This document shows, piece after piece, positions 18,157-27,490 of a stretch of 64,000 bases of DNA (the first letter of the stretch is position 1; each line of letters begins with the position of its first letter). Source of the stretch: an uncultured Christensenella sp. (GTDB taxonomy: Bacteria > Bacillota > Clostridia > Christensenellales > UBA3700). Under the pieces are notes generated by a model. That model had not been told where the DNA came from. It did no database searches and saw only the letters and a program-made list of their open reading frames with translations. The stretch lies in NCBI GenBank assembly GCA_910584035.1, contig CAJTZR010000001.1:1576-65575 (forward strand), in the 5' to 3' direction. Made by a program: the position numbers and the translations under genes.

Positions 18157-20490
18157 ATGGAAAAGTTTTCAAACTTTATTATAAAACATAGACTTGTTAT
18201 GGTTATTGTTTTTCTTACAATAGTTATAGCATCACTTATTTGTTTTGTTTTTGTAGACGTTAATTCGGATATAATATCTTACTTACCAGAAGATATGACT
18301 ACATCAAAAGGCTATAAGTTTTTGAAAGAAACTTTTGATATGGAAAGTGATGCGATTGTAGCAGTTCAAGGTGCAAGCAAAGAACAAATGCAAGAGATTA
18401 CCACAAAAATGCAACAGCTTGACGGCGTGCGAAAGAACGGCATTACTTGGTATGGAACGCTTGATTCCTTTGCAATGGGTGGTATATCTATTGGTGGAAT
18501 GACAGCTGACGAGTTGATAGATAGTATTAAAAACAACCCAGATATTATAAAACTGTTGCACCCACAAGAGGATATTTATACAATTATGGTACAAATGTCT
18601 GTGGCATCTAGTACCAATGAGGCAAGTAAAGTACTAAAGGAAAGTAAAAAGATAATTGAAAGCTATGGCTTAGAATATGCTGTTGGCGGTTCGGCGGAAA
18701 TTTCCACCTCACTTTTAGGCACTGTTACAGGTGAAATGCCTTATTTTTTGATTGTTGCAGCTATTATAACAATACTTATATTAGTTGCTACAACCTCAAG
18801 TTTTTTTGAACCAGTTATTCTGCTTACCACTTTGGTAATAAGCATTTTGCTAAATATGGGTAGCAATATAATTTTTGGCAATGTGTCAGTAATTACTTTT
18901 GCGACTTCTGCAATATTGCAACTTGCATTATCAATGGACTACTCAATTTTCCTTATGCACTCATTTAGAGAGGAGCGGAAAAAGTGCTTTGACGATAAAA
19001 CGGCAATGGCAAGAGCCATACCAAAAACTTTCTCTACCGTTTGTGCCTCTGCATTGACTACTGTTGGTGGTTTTATTGCTTTGGTATTTATGCAATTTGG
19101 TATTGGTGCGGACTTAGGTTTAGTACTTGCAAAAGGTGTACTAATGTCAATGCTTACTGTAATTTTGTTGCAACCTTGCCTTATGTTGTTTGCATCTAAA
19201 ACTACAGCTAAACTTGAACACCCAGTACATTTGCCTAAATTTAAAAAGTCTGCTGAAGTTGCGGTAAAGGGTAGAAAACCAATATTAGCAATCGCTTTAA
19301 TTGCCCTTGTTCCAATTATTTATTGTGGGCTTAGTATCTCTTATTCTTATATGAAAATGGAAAAAGATAACTCTAAACCTTTGACGGAAGTACAAGAGAT
19401 TGTTGAGGTAATGGGTAATAGTATTTTGATTACCGCACCTAATGGAACAGATAAAGGCAAATCGCACTTGGAATTTATTCAAGAGGTTAAAGCACTTGAT
19501 AAGGTAAGTGTAGTTAGTGGCATATATGCTATGATTCCAGAAGAGGCGACTGAACAATTATGGGCATTAATTAATTTAAACATTTCTTCTCAACTAAAAG
19601 CTTATGCAAATAAAGGCTATGTGCTTTATACTATAATGATAGAAACAGAGTCGGAATCTGCAGAGGAAGGTGTGTTGCTTAATGATATAAAAGCAATATT
19701 ATCCAAGCATTTTGGTGATAAGTACTATATTACTGGTATGGCTCAAGCGGTTAACGATTTATCTATTGTTACGCCAAAGGACTTTACCTTAGTATCTATA
19801 ATAAGTGCTATAATAATATTCTTTATTTTAATGTTGTCTATACGTAGTGTTAAATATTCCTTGGCACTTATGGGTGTTGTGGAATTTGGTATATTTATAA
19901 ACCTGGCGTTGAATTTTATGATGATGACACCAGTAAACTTTATGGCATATATCATAATTAGTAGCGTTCAGATGGGGGCAACTGTCGATTATGCAATCTT
20001 GCTTACAACAAAGTTTAAACGCAATATGATGACAATGCCAGTAAAACAAGCTTGTTATAAAGCGGTTAAGGATAGTAGCTTGTCAATTTTAACATCAGCA
20101 ACAATTTTAGGCGGTTTATGTCTTGCAGTGTATGCAATTACAACAAATGCAATTATCGGACAAGTAACAATGTTAATTGGTAGAGGTGCAATAATAAGTA
20201 GCTTGTTGATACTATTTGTATTGCCGTCAATACTAATGCTAATTACAAGAAAACCACCAACAAACAAGTATATAAACAATTGGAAAGTTAAAAAACTTAT
20301 GGCAACGCAAGCTAATACTCAAGTTGAGGTTAAGGAGAAAAATTTAGACGAAAGTTTAATGTATTATGACAGTGCGGAAAATACAACTAATATCAGTAAC
20401 GAGGTGTTAGAAAGAGAGCAAGTAGACAGTTTGCAAGACAATCTTGATGAAATAAAAGTAAACTCGGAAATTGCGGAAAAAACTGAATGA
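18157..20490 (+). CDS. MMPL/RND-superfamily membrane transporter
   Basis: 777 aa. Two blocks of about 5-6 hydrophobic helices are each preceded by a large soluble loop. MDYSIFLMHSFREE-type motif. Acidic C-terminal tail. Confidence 0.75.
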   Translation: MEKFSNFIIKHRLVMVIVFLTIVIASLICFVFVDVNSDIISYLPEDMTTSKGYKFLKETFDMESDAIVAVQGASKEQMQEITTKMQQLDGVRKNGITWYGTLDSFAMGGISIGGMTADELIDSIKNNPDIIKLLHPQEDIYTIMVQMSVASSTNEASKVLKESKKIIESYGLEYAVGGSAEISTSLLGTVTGEMPYFLIVAAIITILILVATTSSFFEPVILLTTLVISILLNMGSNIIFGNVSVITFATSAILQLALSMDYSIFLMHSFREERKKCFDDKTAMARAIPKTFSTVCASALTTVGGFIALVFMQFGIGADLGLVLAKGVLMSMLTVILLQPCLMLFASKTTAKLEHPVHLPKFKKSAEVAVKGRKPILAIALIALVPIIYCGLSISYSYMKMEKDNSKPLTEVQEIVEVMGNSILITAPNGTDKGKSHLEFIQEVKALDKVSVVSGIYAMIPEEATEQLWALINLNISSQLKAYANKGYVLYTIMIETESESAEEGVLLNDIKAILSKHFGDKYYITGMAQAVNDLSIVTPKDFTLVSIISAIIIFFILMLSIRSVKYSLALMGVVEFGIFINLALNFMMMTPVNFMAYIIISSVQMGATVDYAILLTTKFKRNMMTMPVKQACYKAVKDSSLSILTSATILGGLCLAVYAITTNAIIGQVTMLIGRGAIISSLLILFVLPSILMLITRKPPTNKYINNWKVKKLMATQANTQVEVKEKNLDESLMYYDSAENTTNISNEVLEREQVDSLQDNLDEIKVNSEIAEKTE

Positions 20491-20619
20491 TAAAAGATAA
20501 TTATTTATAAGATAAGTTGGGAAATTTTGCAAGTCTTATGTAAAAATTGCAAATTGACATATACTAAATATTATGATATAATAATTGCGGTAGTATTTTA
20601 CTATAGGTAAAGGGAATTT

Positions 20620-22092
20620 ATGAAAAGGAAATATGCTTTTTTTACAATATTATTAATTTTAGTTTGTGCTTTAAGTGTTAGTTTGGTTGCTTGTAATCAC
20701 AAACATAAATGGCAAAGTGAGTGGGATATGGATAGCACTTACCATTGGCGTAATTGCAGTAAAAAGAATTGTGATGAACAAGGAGATAAAGCGGAACATA
20801 ATTTTGTTTATGAACAAGATAGTAATAATCACTGGCAAGTATGTTCAACTTGTGGATATACAACTGCTAAGACGGCACATAATTATGCTATAAAGTACCA
20901 CGATACGCAATGTTGGAGTGTATGTGAACAATGTGGTAATACCAAAGATGTTCAAGACCACGATTTTACACCACTTGACCCATTTTGCAGAAGATGTGGT
21001 TTTAAAAAAGGCAGTGAAAATTTAATATATAAATTAAATAGTGATAAAATAAGCTATAGTCTTGTTGGTGTAAATGTTGATATTGATACAGCAAGTTCAA
21101 AATCTGCATTAAATCCAAAAGTTGTAGTTAGTGAGTATTATAAAGGTTTACCTGTAACAAGCATTGGCGATAGAGTGTTTGCATTTACAAATATTACAAG
21201 TGTATATTTGCCTAAAACAATTACAAAAATAGGTGAAAGAGCTTTTAAAGGTTGCAAGTTACTTTCAGAAATCATAATTCCACAAAGTGTAACAACTATA
21301 AGTAATGGTGCTTTTGAAGAATGTTATGGTATCACAATAAAAGCAGAGGCTAAATCAGCTCAAAGCGGTTGGAGTATAGATAGTTGGGGTATTAATCAAT
21401 TCTGCAAGTTTCCTATTGTATGGGACTGCAAAAATAACAATATCGCAAATGATGGTTATGAGTATTTTATTGATAAACAGACAAATATTAAATTTGGAAT
21501 TAAAAAGGAAAGTGTAAATGGTGATTACGCTGGTACGGCAATAATTGCAATGCAACCGCATAATCAAAGTATGTTGAATCCTAGTGGTGCATTAAATATA
21601 AATGGCGGTAGTGTAAGTTACAATAATTTGACTTATAGGATAACAAGTGTGGCAGATTATGCTTTTTATCAAAATGACTTGATAACATCAGTAACTTTGC
21701 CTACTAATGTTAAAAAAATCGGCGACTATGCATTTGGTAATTGTACAAATGTTAAAACATTTACTTGGACTCAAGATGATTATACTTTGCCAGATGAATA
21801 TGGTATTGAGGAGATTGGCATTGGTGCTTTTATAAATTGCACTAATTTAACAGAGTTTAAATTGCCTAAAAAAGTAAGCGTTATTCAAGCGGGCTTATTG
21901 CAAGGTTGTGAAAAGTTAACTAAAATAGTTATTAATAACAATGTTAAAGTAATAAGCAAAAACGCATTTAATGGTTGTGTAGAGCTTGGCGTAATTTCCT
22001 TTGACGGCTCAGTAAATGAGTGGAATAGCATTACAAAAGAGGAAAGTTGGGATGCAGATACAGGAGCATATACAATGCAATTTGGTGCGTAA
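20620..22092 (+). CDS. BspA-type leucine-rich-repeat lipoprotein with N-terminal Cys/His-rich modules
   Basis: Signal peptide plus lipobox (SVSLVACN). Repeated LPKTITKIGERAFKGC / IPQSVTTISNGAFEEC / LPTNVKKIGDYAFGNC units (LRR_5 type). Confidence 0.8.
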   Translation: MKRKYAFFTILLILVCALSVSLVACNHKHKWQSEWDMDSTYHWRNCSKKNCDEQGDKAEHNFVYEQDSNNHWQVCSTCGYTTAKTAHNYAIKYHDTQCWSVCEQCGNTKDVQDHDFTPLDPFCRRCGFKKGSENLIYKLNSDKISYSLVGVNVDIDTASSKSALNPKVVVSEYYKGLPVTSIGDRVFAFTNITSVYLPKTITKIGERAFKGCKLLSEIIIPQSVTTISNGAFEECYGITIKAEAKSAQSGWSIDSWGINQFCKFPIVWDCKNNNIANDGYEYFIDKQTNIKFGIKKESVNGDYAGTAIIAMQPHNQSMLNPSGALNINGGSVSYNNLTYRITSVADYAFYQNDLITSVTLPTNVKKIGDYAFGNCTNVKTFTWTQDDYTLPDEYGIEEIGIGAFINCTNLTEFKLPKKVSVIQAGLLQGCEKLTKIVINNNVKVISKNAFNGCVELGVISFDGSVNEWNSITKEESWDADTGAYTMQFGA

Positions 22093-22148
22093 ATAGTTAA
22101 ATTGTTTTAATGCAAAATATATTGAATTTAAATTAAGATAAATTTGAA

Positions 22149-22199
22149 ATTACCAATACAATAAATTGAGAAAATTTTTTGTATTGGTAATTGTTTTTT
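22149..22199 (+). terminator. Rho-independent terminator of the LRR lipoprotein gene
   Basis: ATTACCAATACA-(19 nt)-TGTATTGGTAAT 12-bp stem followed by TGTTTTTT. Confidence 0.65.
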
Positions 22200-22481
22200 A
22201 TGTAAAATTGTCTTTATACAAAAAAAGTTATTTTATTGGGAAGTGATAGGTAGTTTTAAAACCGCACTATCTAGTAACAAAATTTAACTCAAACGAGTAG
22301 TACTTTCATAACAAGAGTATTGCGTTAGTAATATAAAATTTTAATGCAATTAAAATTTGTTTCACATAGTTTATTAAATTATATTGACAATACAAATTAC
22401 AAAATATTTTTTTGAGCTTTATTAATAATACATTAGGTATTGGCTATATAAGGGTTGTAAGTAAATGTAATTACTAAATTA

Positions 22482-22664
22482 TGTGTCGTTTAATTTGAGA
22501 GAACTCAAATTTAAACAAAAGCTAACACTTTTTATGAATAAATCAAGCCGACATTATTTGAATTGCCTTCAGCTATTGCAAAATACTCTTTCGGGTGCTT
22601 ATCGGGGTCCCCACAAAATAACTTTTTTGTGGGGTGTATGGATAACTTCCAATAATATTCAATT
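22482..22664 (+). repeat. Intergenic repeat family, copy 2 (full length)
   Basis: 5' hairpin AATTTGAG-AGAA-CTCAAATT (22492-22511). 3' hairpin CCCCACAAAA-TAACTT-TTTTGTGGGG (22609-22634). 31-nt tail GTGTATGGATAACTTCCAATAATATTCAATT. The 28-mer TCCCCACAAAATAACTTTTTTGTGGGGT is identical in copy 3b. Confidence 0.85.
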
Positions 22665-22814
22665 GTTATAATATACTTTTGGCTAATTAAGTTTACTTTT
22701 TGAAAAAAATATTTTGCATATACAAATAAATATATAAGTTAAAAAATTATATGCATTGAAATGTTTTAGTTAAAAAATATTTTGCATATTTACATTAAGA
22801 TAATTAAGTATAAC

Positions 22815-22843
22815 AAAAAGAGGAACGATTGTTCCTCTTTTTT
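22815..22843. terminator. Bidirectional hairpin terminator downstream of nrdG
   Basis: AAAAAGAGGAAC-GATT-GTTCCTCTTTTTT: an A-run, a 7-bp GC-containing stem and a T-run. Confidence 0.7.
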
Positions 22844-22872
22844 GTATACAAATTAGTTTATAATTTTGTGTG

Positions 22873-23361
22873 CTATCTTGTCCACTCAATAGTGTTATTT
22901 TTAAGCTCTATTATGCGTTGGTTGCTACTGCCACGGAATGGAAGAGTTAAGTCTTTTAAGCTTTCCTCAAACTTTCCGTCAATAAGCCAGTCGCAAATAT
23001 CCAAAAGTCCATTTATGTCTGGGTTATTCAAAGCTTGTAGTTGCTCAATTGTGTAACCAGTGTAACAAATTATATTTAAATCTGTTTCCGCCTTTATCTT
23101 TTTTGCAAGCTGTAAAAAAGCTTTTGGCTGACACATTGGTTCACCGCCACTAAATGTAATACCGCTTAATATTTTGTTAGATTTAGCTTTATTTACAATA
23201 TCATCAATGTCAATATCATAACCACCTTTAAAGTCGTGAGTATGAGCATTGTGACAACCTTTACAATTGTGGGGACAGCCTTGACAAAAAACCGTAAGTC
23301 TCATACCGGGACCGTCCACAATTGAATCATTAACTAAACCCGCAATTCTCAAATTACACAT
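22873..23361 (-). CDS. nrdG: Anaerobic ribonucleoside-triphosphate reductase activating protein (radical SAM)
   Basis: 162 aa. DGPGMR and the CxxxCxxC cluster CPHNCKGCHN. 8-nt overlap with nrdD. Confidence 0.9.
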   Translation of the reverse strand: MCNLRIAGLVNDSIVDGPGMRLTVFCQGCPHNCKGCHNAHTHDFKGGYDIDIDDIVNKAKSNKILSGITFSGGEPMCQPKAFLQLAKKIKAETDLNIICYTGYTIEQLQALNNPDINGLLDICDWLIDGKFEESLKDLTLPFRGSSNQRIIELKNNTIEWTR

Positions 23362-25663
23362 TGTGTTTTACTCTGTCATTAACTTCTGCACGTTTTGCAT
23401 TGTTAAATCTATCAACAGTACCAACTAGGTAACCAGTAATTCTACGAATACGTTCAAAGTTTTGACTGCCGTCACCCTCTTTTCTACCGCACTTAGGACA
23501 AACATTATCAATAATACCATTGTAACCGCAAACTGGGTCTCTGTCAATAGGGTGGTTGATTGAGCCGTAACCGATACCAGCCTCTTTCATACAACGAACG
23601 CAAGCCTCAAAAGCATCTAAGTTCTTTAGTGGGTCGCCGTCAAGCTCAATGTAGCTTATGTGACCACCATTAGTCAATGCGTGGTAAGGTGCTTCAATCT
23701 TGATTTTGTCAAGAGCTCCAATATTATAGTAAACTGGAACGTGGAAAGAGTTAGTGTAGTACTCTCTGTCAGTAATTCCTTTCATTTTGCCAAATTTCTT
23801 AGCATCAATTCTTACAAATCTACCAGACAAGCCCTCAGCTGGGGTTGCGATAACAGAGTAGTTAAAGTGAGTTTCTTCGCAAAGTTTTTCAGTAAAGTCT
23901 CTCATATGTTTAATGATTTCCAAACCTAGCTTACGGCTTTCCTCATTTTCACCGTGGTGTTTACCAGTCAAAGCTACTAAGCATTCTGCAAGACCAATAA
24001 AGCCGATAGATAGTGTGCCGTGTTTCAAAATCTCACCGATTTCATCTTCATAGTCAAGCTTGTCGCTATCTAGCCATACACCTTGACCCATTAAGAATGG
24101 ATAGTTTTTAACTCTCTTTTTAGCTTGAATTTTGTATCTGTCCATCAATTGGTCTGATACAAGTTGTAATTTCTCATCAAGCATTTCGTAGAATTTATTA
24201 ATATCGCCTTTTGCAAGAATACCAAGACGTGGTAAGTTAATTGATGTAAATGATAAGTTACCTCTTTGAGTAACAATCTCTCTATCCTTGTCATAAACAT
24301 TACCAGCAACCCTTGTACGGCAACCCATATATGCGATTTCTGTTCTGTAGTCGCCTTCTTTGTAGTATTGCAAGTTGAAAGGTGCATCAATAAATGAGAA
24401 GTTAGGGAACAACCTTTTTGCAGATACTTTGATTGCTAGTTTAAACAAATCGTAGTTAGGGTCTTTCTTATTGTAGTTGATACCTTCTTTTACTTTAAAG
24501 ATATGGATAGGGAATATAGCAGTTTCGCCATTACCAAGTCCAGCATCTGTAGCAAGCAAAATGTTTTTAATAACAAGTCTGCCCTCTGGAGTAGTATCTG
24601 TACCATAGTTAATACTACTAAAAGGTATTTGTGCACCAGCTCTTGAGTGCATTGTATTTAGATTATGAACAAAAGCTTCCATTGCTTGGTAAGTAGCTCT
24701 GTCAATTTCTTGCTCTGAATATTTAGTAGTAAACTTTTGAATTTTCTTAATAAGTTCCTCTTTAATACCGATTTTCGCAAGCTCTTTGCTCTCAGCTACA
24801 AGATAATCAGTCTTTTCCAAAGCTGGAACGATGTCTTTTTCAGCAAGTTTAGCAGTGATATTTTGTGCTATCTCTTCTGCGTTTTCAATCTCGTAAATAT
24901 CCAAAGCTTTAATCAAATTCTTTTTATAAATCTTTTTATAAGACTTGGCAACACCAATAGCCATAGCATACTCAAAGTTAGGAATACTTTGACCGCCGTG
25001 TTGGTCATTTTGGTTAGATTGGATAGCAATAGCTGCCAAGGCAGAGTATGAAGCTATATCGTTAGGCTCTCTCAAAAAGCCGTGACCTGTACAAAAACCA
25101 CCTTTAAACAACTTGATTAAATCAATTTGACAACAAGTTTCTGTAAGTGTCAAAAAGTCTAAGTCGTGAATGTGAATATCACCCTCATCGTGTGCTTTTG
25201 CGTGTTCAGGACGTAAAACGAATAATTTGTTAAATTGCTTTGCACCCTCGCTACCATATTTAAGCATTGTACCCATTGCGGTATCGCCGTCAATGTTTGC
25301 GTTTTCTCTTTTTATATCATTGTCTTTTGCATCCTTAAAAGTCAAGTCCTTGTAAATTTCCATCAAAGATGTTTTCATCTCTCTTGCTCTTGTGCGGTTC
25401 GCTCTGTACAAGATATAATTTTTAGCAGTTTGTGCGTGTCCCTTTTCAATCAAAGTTTTTTCAACTGCGTTTTGAATTTCCTCAACTGTTGGAGTAGAAG
25501 TGCCTTGTTTTTCCAAAAACTCGCAAGCCTCAACTGCAAGCTCAAGTGCAGTGTCGTGGTCGCTACCACCAGCTGATGCTGCAGCTTTAAATATAGCATC
25601 TGCTATTTTTTGTAGATTGAATGGAACTTTTCTGCCATCACGCTTAATAATGCTTTTAATCAT
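23354..25663 (-). CDS. nrdD: Anaerobic ribonucleoside-triphosphate reductase (class III)
   Basis: 769 aa. N-terminal ATP-cone (IKRDGRKVPFNLQKI), C-terminal Zn ribbon CPKCG and glycyl-radical region RIRRITGYLVG. RBS AAGGAG. Confidence 0.95.
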   Translation of the reverse strand: MIKSIIKRDGRKVPFNLQKIADAIFKAAASAGGSDHDTALELAVEACEFLEKQGTSTPTVEEIQNAVEKTLIEKGHAQTAKNYILYRANRTRAREMKTSLMEIYKDLTFKDAKDNDIKRENANIDGDTAMGTMLKYGSEGAKQFNKLFVLRPEHAKAHDEGDIHIHDLDFLTLTETCCQIDLIKLFKGGFCTGHGFLREPNDIASYSALAAIAIQSNQNDQHGGQSIPNFEYAMAIGVAKSYKKIYKKNLIKALDIYEIENAEEIAQNITAKLAEKDIVPALEKTDYLVAESKELAKIGIKEELIKKIQKFTTKYSEQEIDRATYQAMEAFVHNLNTMHSRAGAQIPFSSINYGTDTTPEGRLVIKNILLATDAGLGNGETAIFPIHIFKVKEGINYNKKDPNYDLFKLAIKVSAKRLFPNFSFIDAPFNLQYYKEGDYRTEIAYMGCRTRVAGNVYDKDREIVTQRGNLSFTSINLPRLGILAKGDINKFYEMLDEKLQLVSDQLMDRYKIQAKKRVKNYPFLMGQGVWLDSDKLDYEDEIGEILKHGTLSIGFIGLAECLVALTGKHHGENEESRKLGLEIIKHMRDFTEKLCEETHFNYSVIATPAEGLSGRFVRIDAKKFGKMKGITDREYYTNSFHVPVYYNIGALDKIKIEAPYHALTNGGHISYIELDGDPLKNLDAFEACVRCMKEAGIGYGSINHPIDRDPVCGYNGIIDNVCPKCGRKEGDGSQNFERIRRITGYLVGTVDRFNNAKRAEVNDRVKHNV

Positions 25664-25705
25664 AATCTTTTCTCCTTAAAATTTTGTAATCTGTCATTGC
25701 TCACT

Positions 25706-25734
25706 TAGTATACAACAATTTATGTATCTTGTCA
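25706..25734 (-). promoter_or_regulatory. nrdDG promoter (TTGACA-17-TATACT on the minus strand)
   Basis: The reverse complement reads TTGACAagatacataaattgttgTATACT. This lies about 40 nt upstream of the nrdD RBS. Confidence 0.6.
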
Positions 25735-25741
25735 AGAGGAA

Positions 25742-25800
25742 AATACTATATCTTGTGGTCAATTTTGTGCAAAATTCAATTTTGACCACAAGATATAGTA
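25742..25800 (-). promoter_or_regulatory. Pair of NrdR boxes forming a perfect 21-bp inverted repeat
   Basis: ATACTATATCTTGTGG (25742-25757) and CCACAAGATATAGTAT (25785-25800). Each matches about 12 of 16 positions of the NrdR-box consensus acaCwAtATaTwGtgt as I recall it. Centres are 43 bp apart, just upstream of the -35. Confidence 0.65.
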
Positions 25801-26129
25801 TTTAAGTAAAATTTTATGTAAAATTTATATATGTAAAAATAGCTTGTTATTTTACATTTGGAAACCATTTGTGAATAATACTAAACCATAGGTTATTAAT
25901 TTCTTGCTAAAATTGTAAATTTATTTTACATAATACAACAAAAGCAAAATTTATGTAAAAAATAATAATGATTACTATTTTTATGTAAAAAATAAATAAA
26001 AATTTTTATACAAAATAAAAGACGTTAAAAACAGATATTATTTAAGACATAATATTGCTAACAAAAATTTTTGACATATTTTGCATAATTTCGACAAGCA
26101 TATGTATACTAACAAAAAGAGAGGTGTTT

Positions 26130-26843
26130 ATGCAAGCTGTTATTATGGCGGGGGGTTATGGCACAAGACTTAGACCGCTTACAAATGAAATTCCAAAACC
26201 AATGGTGCCAATAATAGATAAACCAATAATTGAATATATTGTATTACATTTAAAAAAGTATGGCTTTACAGATATTATAGTAACTTTAGGCTACAAACCA
26301 GAGGAGATTATGTCATATTTAGGCGATGGTTCTAAATATGGGGTGCAAATTAGATATAATATTGAAAGCACACCACTAGGAACGGCGGGAAGCGTAAAGG
26401 CTGTAAATGAGATTTTAGAAAAAACCTTTTTAGTAATAAGCGGTGATAGTTTTACAAATGTAAACTTATATGAGGTTGCTAAGTATCACGCAACACACCC
26501 AAAGGCAATTACTATGGTTGTAAAAGAGCTAGATGATGTAAAAGGCTTTGGCGTTGTAAAGTTTGATGAGGACGGTAATATACAAGATTTTGTGGAAAAA
26601 CCAGAATCAAGCAAATTGAAATTTGTCAATACAGGAATGTATATGATAGAAAAAAAGATTTTGCAAACAGTGCCAGAGGGCAAGTTTGACTTTTCAAGAG
26701 ATTTGTTCCCAACTGTACTTGATGAAATGAAAGCGTATGTAATGAGAGAGTATTGGTCAGATATTGGAACATTATCCTCATATTATTTGACAAATAATGA
26801 GGTAGCACTTAACCCACAAAACTTTGGTGTGCAATTGTATTAA
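26130..26843 (+). CDS. Sugar-phosphate nucleotidyltransferase (NTP_transferase family)
   Basis: MQAVIMAGGYGTRLRPLTNEIPKPMVPI is the canonical GxGTRLxPLT motif. The start at 26130 has RBS AGAGAGGTG, and the track's upstream extension is hydrophobic junk. Confidence 0.8.
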   Translation: MQAVIMAGGYGTRLRPLTNEIPKPMVPIIDKPIIEYIVLHLKKYGFTDIIVTLGYKPEEIMSYLGDGSKYGVQIRYNIESTPLGTAGSVKAVNEILEKTFLVISGDSFTNVNLYEVAKYHATHPKAITMVVKELDDVKGFGVVKFDEDGNIQDFVEKPESSKLKFVNTGMYMIEKKILQTVPEGKFDFSRDLFPTVLDEMKAYVMREYWSDIGTLSSYYLTNNEVALNPQNFGVQLY

Positions 26844-27426
26844 TCAATAGTTTAAATAGATAAAAAATTATATAAATATTTATATTAATATATATGTTAT
26901 TTATTATAATATAAGTATTATAGTATTATTTTAATAATGTAGTACAGCCGACAGCTATTCAAAGAATGTAAATATAGTATATTATAAATTATATATAGAA
27001 AAAATAGTTATATTTAGTTTAACATTATATTATTAATATTGTAGATAACCAATAGTTAAAACTTTTAAGCATTACCATATAAATATCTTTAGATATAATA
27101 AAGCTAAATTTTGATTTTAACTATATTTATATATAAATATGATATACCTAATAATGTTAACCAAAAATTTAAAACAAACTATAAATTTTGAATTATTTAC
27201 TAAGTGTATTGCTCAATAAATGACTTGTTAAAATAATTTGATTAATAAAAAAGAGCTAGAACTAAGTTATACCCTTAGGCTACAATTGCCTAACAACGTT
27301 TTTTAACATAGCTCATTTCCAACTTGATTTTTAGATTATATAACATTTTAAGCTATGTAAATGTTTTTGCCAATAATTTTCTCAAAAAATGCGATTAATT
27401 ATAAAAAATTACCTTCAAATATTGTG

Positions 27427-27468
27427 ATTAAAAAACTACTTGTGTTTAAACACAAGTAGTTTTTTAAT
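27427..27468. terminator. Perfect 42-nt palindrome; bidirectional terminator-like hairpin in an ORF-free spacer
   Basis: ATTAAAAAACTACTTGTGTTT|AAACACAAGTAGTTTTTTAAT, verified base by base. The stem is flanked by an A-run and a T-run. Confidence 0.6.
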
Positions 27469-27490
27469 ACATAATTTTAAATTAAACAAG

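Noticed and set aside
22483-22671. 62-aa track ORF (MSFNLRELKFKQ...) covering repeat copy 2
   Set aside because: The same sequence in copy 3b is closed in that frame: the homologous frame starts with TGA at 27691 and hits another TGA after 17 codons, and the local ATG at 27690 is followed by TAA after 2 codons. Conservation therefore lies at the nucleotide and hairpin level, not the protein level.
22704-22789. 18-nt direct repeat AAAAAATATTTTGCATAT (22704-22721 and 22772-22789) as a regulatory element
   Set aside because: The repeat is real but short and AT-rich. It lies between the repeat element and the nrdG terminator with no gene to regulate. I could not derive a convincing promoter from either copy, so it is recorded only as a curiosity.
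26844-27490. Replication origin (oriC) in the long AT-rich spacer
   Set aside because: I found no cluster of TTATCCACA-type DnaA boxes there. The isolated perfect boxes I saw (for example TGTGGATAA near 7830 and 12030) are inside CDSs. No dnaA or dnaN gene is nearby.
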